A stretch of 64,000 nucleotides of DNA from an uncultured Christensenella sp. (lineage in GTDB: Bacteria > Bacillota > Clostridia > Christensenellales > Christensenellaceae): contig CAZQDA010000001.1 of NCBI GenBank assembly GCA_964592155.1, positions 17,149-81,148 on the forward strand, given 5' to 3'. The stretch's first letter is position 1, and each line of letters begins with the position of its first letter. Positions 58,821-64,000 of the stretch are shown piece after piece. A program made the position numbers and the translations under genes. The notes beneath the pieces are model-generated. The model had not been told where the DNA came from. It made no database searches and was given only the letters and a program-made list of their open reading frames with translations.

Positions 58821-60512
58821 TGTATAACTTCATTGAAAATATAAACAAAATCAGACAACATCTTACTTGCATTTATTTCGCCATTGACAACCTTTTTATA
58901 AACAGAATCGTTTAATCTAATAGATAAAAAACCTAAGTTATCTATATTAATCCACGATATAATATATCCAACTAAATCAAGTCGCTCTGTTAATCGAGAA
59001 AAAGGAAATATATCATCATATTTATCCGTTATCTTTTCAACATAAATATATCCATTAAGATAAACTGCATCGAATCTTTTTATTTTTGGTATTTTCATCT
59101 CTAAAACAATTTAGGTTCAAAACTCTCTTTAACTTTCTTTGAAAATAATCTATTCGGTGTTGTTTTCATCTTTCACCTCCTCAAATTCAACATAATTAAA
59201 CTCCTTAAATAACTTATACTTATCTTTTATCGGTTCAAATAATTCCTCGCTAAAATAAGTAAACGTGCCTTTGAATCTTTGTAGCATAATATCATCTGCT
59301 ATCTCTTTTGATTGAGCGGATATATGCACGTAATGAGTTGGCATCTGGTTTAATGTATAATAAAAGTTAGGCATTTTTATTAATTTTTTATATTCTCTTT
59401 AGGTAAATAAATCTCTCTATGCGGACTTTCAATATACTCTTTCAGTGGATAAATTCTATCATTTGCCTCAAAAACTATACATTCAGTTCCGTCAATCAGC
59501 TTAACGGTATAATGACTACTTAAATCCATTGCTGACATAAATTTTAGCCATATAGGTCTGTCTATACTTGGACTACCAAATGCACTATCACCCCATTGGT
59601 CTAATTCGCGTTTTAAGTCATTACTAATAAACTGTTTCCGCTCATCACACAACCTATCCCAATAGGCGTTAATAATATCAGCAGGCAAAGTAGCAGACGC
59701 GATAGTCTGTCTATGACAAGCGTATCTTATCGACATCCAAAGTGTCGTCCACTCTATTTCGGTTAGCTTATTCGTTTTCATATTTTTCTTTCATCATCTC
59801 AATTTCACATTGTTTTCTGCCTATTGAAAGATATTTGTGTTCACGATGTTCATTATCGTGCGTATCTTTCAACTCAAAAAATAAGTCGGTTATTTCGTGT
59901 GTTAATCGAGTGTATTTTTCATTAATGATATTATCATCGCACTCTTTTGACAATTCTTTGTATTCCTGCTCTTCCTCTTCTGTGCGAGTGTTATTAAAAG
60001 GAACAGACTTCATTGTCAATTCTAATAGTCGCATCGTTCTCTCGGTAACAGACTTTATATTGCCGCTTAAACCACGACTATTTTTATTGTTTTTATACTC
60101 TTCGTAAGAGTAAAGTAATTTTAGTTTATTCATCTTTTCTATTTTTAATAATTTCACAACACTCTTTTATCGCAGCGTCTAAGGCTTGTTCGTAAGTCTT
60201 AAATTTAATTCTACTAAAAACAGCATTATCTATTGTGGCATTAAATTCATCGCATTGTGTATATCCTGCCCCTTTAAGACAATGTACGCCTGCAAACAAA
60301 CAATGCTTATCACGAAGCCATTTTTGAGCATCATATAAAGAATAAGCTAAGTAGTAATTATTACCCATATATTCTTCGGGGTACATATCGTATTCATCTG
60401 AAAAATTACGCCTAAAAATTCCATCGCAATCATAAAAATACCCACTATGTAAATCGCAATTTATCTCTTTCAGCATCTTAGCTGTTTCGAGTGAAACGTA
60501 GTATGTCTGCAT
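58817..60512 (-). other. Hypothetical genes (58817-59098, 59150-59374, 59380-59781, 59768-60157, 60126-60512)
   Basis: ORF track. Confidence 0.55.
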
Positions 60513-60658
60513 TTGTCAGTATTTTATTTGTTCAAAAAGTTCCTCAATGGTAATTCCAATTTCGTCAAATTCCTCAGTGGCTTCCCAATCTTCTTGAATT
60601 TGCTCTTTAGGTGTATTTTCAAAATACTCCTCTAATTTTTCAATTAAATTATTCATAA

Positions 60659-61057
60659 TTAAAATTTTAAACAATAATAACAATATTTATATCCTTTATT
60701 TACTCTGCGTTTTAGGCAACATTGACACCATTCGTCATTACCTTTTCGGCTTTCAAGTTCCTCTTGTGTAAGCACGACATTGTAATTTTGTTTGCGCTTT
60801 TTAATCTTATTCAATGGTGGGTTATATTTTCGGATTAACTTATACTCTAAATCCAACATCTCTGTTTGATTTTCGCATATTTTAATTACTGAAAACACTA
60901 AATCCTTACCGTTGTATTTATGCCACCTAAACCGCTCTGTCGGAATTTGAATTGTAGTGCCGATATATTTTAGTTTTCCGCTTTGAGATAAGCCTTTATA
61001 TACATAAAAGCCTTTGGTTGTAATCTCGGAATCTATTGAAATTAAGTCTTCATTCAT
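60659..61057 (-). CDS. GIY-YIG nuclease with C-terminal Cys cluster
   Basis: FYVY...KYIGTT...ERFRWH...E..LI...NPPLN. Confidence 0.8.
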   Translation of the reverse strand: MNEDLISIDSEITTKGFYVYKGLSQSGKLKYIGTTIQIPTERFRWHKYNGKDLVFSVIKICENQTEMLDLEYKLIRKYNPPLNKIKKRKQNYNVVLTQEELESRKGNDEWCQCCLKRRVNKGYKYCYYCLKF

Positions 61058-61059
61058 AA

Positions 61060-61306
61060 TTAGAAAATTACGTGCTTAATAACCTTTCTCGGAGACTTCT
61101 TAAAATTATCTTTGTCTGAATCTGCTAAAATAAGCATATCCTTACTGAATCCGATAATCTTAGCGAGAGAAAAACCCTCTTTGTTGTTGATGTAGATTAC
61201 ATTGTCGCCAATTTGTAGGTCGTTGTTTAGAAAGTCGTTCATAATTTTATTTGTTTTAAGTTAAATTTGCTATCGGCAGAAGAACCAACCTCTGCCGACA
61301 AAGGTA
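61060..61306 (-). other. Small SH3/KOW-like gene (61060-61242) with leader hairpin (61273-61298) and promoter element (61299-61306)
   Basis: LQIGDNVIY; TCGGCAGA/TCTGCCGA; TACCTTTG on - strand. Confidence 0.5.
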
Positions 61307-61329
61307 ATAATATTTTTTGAATTATGAAA

Positions 61330-62433
61330 TTAATTTATCATCATTGGCATCAACAACATTCTCGTACTCTCATCTCCCTCCGAAAGAATAATAATAGGTT
61401 TGCTCGCATCATTCATTTTCAGAACGACATTTTCAGTAGTAATGTTTGCTAAAATTTCAAGCATAAAGACAGATTTAAAGCCTATTTCAATACCTGAATT
61501 ACACTCACAATTTATCGTTTCAGATACATTTTTAGCGAAGTCTAAATCTTGACCTACAAGCGACAACTTGTTATCTTTAATAGACATTTTAGTCAATTTA
61601 GTAGCCATATTTGCACCCCAATTAGCCCTCTTAATTGCATCGACAAATTGGTCTTTGTTTATTTTGCATTCTATTGAGTGTGATTGAGGGATAACTGCCC
61701 TAAAATTGGGGTATTTACCTTCAATCAATCGGCAAATTAGAGTGCAACCGTCCATTATGTAAGTTACATTCTTTTCAGACAAAATCACATCTACACTCAA
61801 AGTACCGTTTATAATATCGTAAAGAATAGAGCTACCTTTTGCGTTGGCAATAAAATTGCAGTCAGTTTCTATTTCACTATCAATTTCTTTGTGATAGAGC
61901 CTATGACTATCTGTTGAGCAAACTCCATATTTCTTATTTTCGATGTAGAAGTAAATTCCATTCATCACAGGACGAAGAGAATCATCAGCGACAAATGCTT
62001 TTGCCATACCAATATTGCTATATAATTCTTGTGAATAGATAGTCAAATTTTGAGTATTTTCGTCAAGTGTAATTGTAGGATATGAATCAGCGTCCGCACA
62101 ACCCATCTCAAAACTACCATTGCCATAGTCAATAACCAAACTACCTTTTACCGAATCAGCTTTAATCTCAAATGAATCGCAAGTCAAAAGTGAGATAGCA
62201 TCTTTGAAATCATTTGCAGGTACGCAAAATGAATCAGACGTTTCGCATTCTACTACCATACTCCGAATAAGAGTATTTTCCAAATCGGTAGCGGTAACTT
62301 TTAGTGAGTTAATATCCGTTTCAAATTTGAACATTTCGATAATAGGCACTGTCGCCTTTGTAGGAATAAGTTTAAAACTTGAATTGATAAGTTTTAGAAA
62401 GTCTTTTCTGTTGTTTATTTTAATTGTTGTCAT
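61330..62433 (-). CDS. dnaN: DNA polymerase III beta sliding clamp
   Basis: ATDLE, RPVMNGIY, STDSHRL, RLIEGKYPNF, IGF...F and LLMPM motifs; 367 aa. Confidence 0.95.
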   Translation of the reverse strand: MTTIKINNRKDFLKLINSSFKLIPTKATVPIIEMFKFETDINSLKVTATDLENTLIRSMVVECETSDSFCVPANDFKDAISLLTCDSFEIKADSVKGSLVIDYGNGSFEMGCADADSYPTITLDENTQNLTIYSQELYSNIGMAKAFVADDSLRPVMNGIYFYIENKKYGVCSTDSHRLYHKEIDSEIETDCNFIANAKGSSILYDIINGTLSVDVILSEKNVTYIMDGCTLICRLIEGKYPNFRAVIPQSHSIECKINKDQFVDAIKRANWGANMATKLTKMSIKDNKLSLVGQDLDFAKNVSETINCECNSGIEIGFKSVFMLEILANITTENVVLKMNDASKPIIILSEGDESTRMLLMPMMIN

Positions 62434-62780
62434 TTGTTTTTTAGTTTAGCATATCCGTTATTAATTACATATTGTTTCCCACATTTTTTGCATTTGATTA
62501 TATCATTTTCCCACTCTGAATCCAAATCATCTTCGTCATATTCGTCATAACAAGTATCACTTTCCTCTATTTTGTGTCCGCAAAAACAAGTAAATGAAAT
62601 CTCATTATCATAACGAATATTTGTAGCCATAAAATCGCATTCGATACCTTGCGTTTCAGCTTTTTCAGCATCGCGTTCAGCCTTTTTTATAAGGTCAATC
62701 ATTTCGACATTGCCTATCTCCAAAGGGACTTCTTCTTTACCACGATAAAATTTACCGTTGATTAATTTTAGTTTTTCCAT
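62430..62780 (-). CDS. Hypothetical Zn-ribbon protein
   Basis: CFCG...CKKCG. Confidence 0.6.
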   Translation of the reverse strand: MEKLKLINGKFYRGKEEVPLEIGNVEMIDLIKKAERDAEKAETQGIECDFMATNIRYDNEISFTCFCGHKIEESDTCYDEYDEDDLDSEWENDIIKCKKCGKQYVINNGYAKLKNK

Positions 62781-62782
62781 AG

Positions 62783-63109
62783 CTATCTATTATCTCCGCT
62801 ACCACTAATAACATTTCGTTGTTGTCGTGAGCGCAATTTTTCGATATTCATTTTGGCAATTTCGTCAAGTGAATATCCTAAATCGTGTGCGAGTGTAGCG
62901 CAATACCATAGTACATCGCCCAGCTCTTTTGCAAGTTCGAGTTTCTTTTCGGCTGTAAATACACCGTTATTATCTCGTAATACTTTTTTAACTTTATCAC
63001 TTACCTCGCCTGCCTCTCCACAAAGTCCAAGTGTCGGATAAATAATTGCTTGATCTTTGGGATAAATTGCCGTTTCTAAAGCATCTTGTTGATAACTATT
63101 TAATTTCAT
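62783..63109 (-). CDS. mazG: MazG-like NTP pyrophosphohydrolase
   Basis: LGLCGEAGEVSDKVKK...ELGDVLWY...NIEKL. Confidence 0.92.
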   Translation of the reverse strand: MKLNSYQQDALETAIYPKDQAIIYPTLGLCGEAGEVSDKVKKVLRDNNGVFTAEKKLELAKELGDVLWYCATLAHDLGYSLDEIAKMNIEKLRSRQQRNVISGSGDNR

Positions 63110-63546
63110 CTCTTTTATCTTTTAATTCTTTATAAATATCATATATCATCGCCTTTTCGCCTTTATGGTACGTTATCATCTCGCCACCATACATAACATA
63201 CATTATTGTCGATGCAAGTACTCTAAAAAGAGTTAATGTAAATATAAGTGGGGAAGTTATTAAGCGAAAAACGAATAAAAGTGCGGTTCTGAATTTACTC
63301 TTTCTCATATTCTGAACTTTTTAACCAATAAATACCTTCCGAATCAAATTCATACTCATCTGTCTCAAGAATAGGTACTCCTGTATTTTCGCAGTAGCCG
63401 ATAATTTCTAAATAATTATCTTCATCATCGTCAATATATTCCGCCCTCATTTCGGGATATTTTTCGTGAAATAATCCTATCGCTCCATTAAAGCTATCTG
63501 ATTCAATTTCAGCATATCCTACAAATTTAATTTGAAATTTTTTCAT
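63096..63546 (-). other. Two small hypothetical genes (63096-63308, 63295-63546)
   Basis: ORF track. Confidence 0.55.
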
Positions 63547-63976
63547 TTTCTAACATTTTTATTTTATCATTAATATACCACACTGCTTTTTTCATATCCT
63601 CTATCTCTTTCTCTCTACTTGAATATCCTTGTTCATCTTTTAGTCCACAACGCCAAAGATATTTCATCGCATTGCCAATACAAAAGTCGTAATGTCGTGT
63701 AATTTCAATACATTCAATTCCGCTTGGGTGATTTGTATAGTGGCTCGGACTATTTACTTTATCCTTTTTTTTGTCGCTTTTATTGTCTTTTTTTGCGACA
63801 AATTGACCTTTCGAGTTGCGGTTAAGTATGCCCTCTTTTATGAAATGTTCTTTAAATTTATCCGTTCCTTCATACCACGAATGCGCTTCACATCCGACTT
63901 CATCGGTTATGCAATTATCTCTTTCTGATTTATATATTTTGTCTTTAAAGTACGCCTCATATCCATTGCCATTCAT
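63527..63976 (-). CDS. DUF3310-like protein
   Basis: VNSPSHY...IECIE...FCIGNAMKYLWR.G.K...D..KAVWY. Confidence 0.85.
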   Translation of the reverse strand: MNGNGYEAYFKDKIYKSERDNCITDEVGCEAHSWYEGTDKFKEHFIKEGILNRNSKGQFVAKKDNKSDKKKDKVNSPSHYTNHPSGIECIEITRHYDFCIGNAMKYLWRCGLKDEQGYSSREKEIEDMKKAVWYINDKIKMLENEKISN

Positions 63977-64000
63977 ATAAACAGTCTTTATACACCTAAA

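Noticed and set aside
260-63928. Numerous antisense ORFs in the track (for example 260-478, 5425-5916, 9500-9835, 14531-14911, 34549-34995)
   Set aside because: They are shadows of well-supported genes on the opposite strand, with no initiation context or protein motifs.
1-64000. Stop-codon recoding (TAG/TGA reassignment)
   Set aside because: Long conserved genes are intact in the standard code, TAG and TGA end genes at sensible positions, and no suppressor tRNA is present.

Overview
This window is part of a tailed dsDNA phage genome of siphovirus type. The host is very likely Bacteroidota, because more than 20 intergenic TAnnTTTG (-7 element) promoter motifs sit directly upstream of genes. 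Layout: (i) leftward terminase, portal and holin-like genes (246-3920), divergent from (ii) rightward head, tail, 2065-aa tape measure and tail-fibre genes (4080-27243), with a -1 frameshift tail chaperone pair; (iii) a rightward accessory region (27253-38962) with two tRNA clusters (7 tRNAs), a DNA methyltransferase, ParB-like, HD-hydrolase, RusA-like and phosphoesterase genes; (iv) a leftward arm (39261-63976) with class II RNR, AEP primase-helicase, sliding clamp, SSB, ThyX-like and MazG-like genes. An oppositely oriented, self-contained island of Cys-rich and Gln-rich genes (47011-50923) interrupts this last arm. Four free-standing homing-type endonucleases are present. I see no integrase, DNA polymerase, reverse transcriptase or CRISPR array in the window, and no sign of stop-codon recoding. 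The least explained signals are: a dense set of structured non-coding elements around the tRNAs (a repeated hairpin plus pseudoknot leader with compensatory changes, a 197-nt tRNA-shaped RNA, several multibranch RNAs, a repeated three-way-junction leader), the Cys/Gln-rich island, and tiny Lys-rich ORFs. All protein calls come from motif recognition by eye and all RNA folds from manual pairing; no searches were run.
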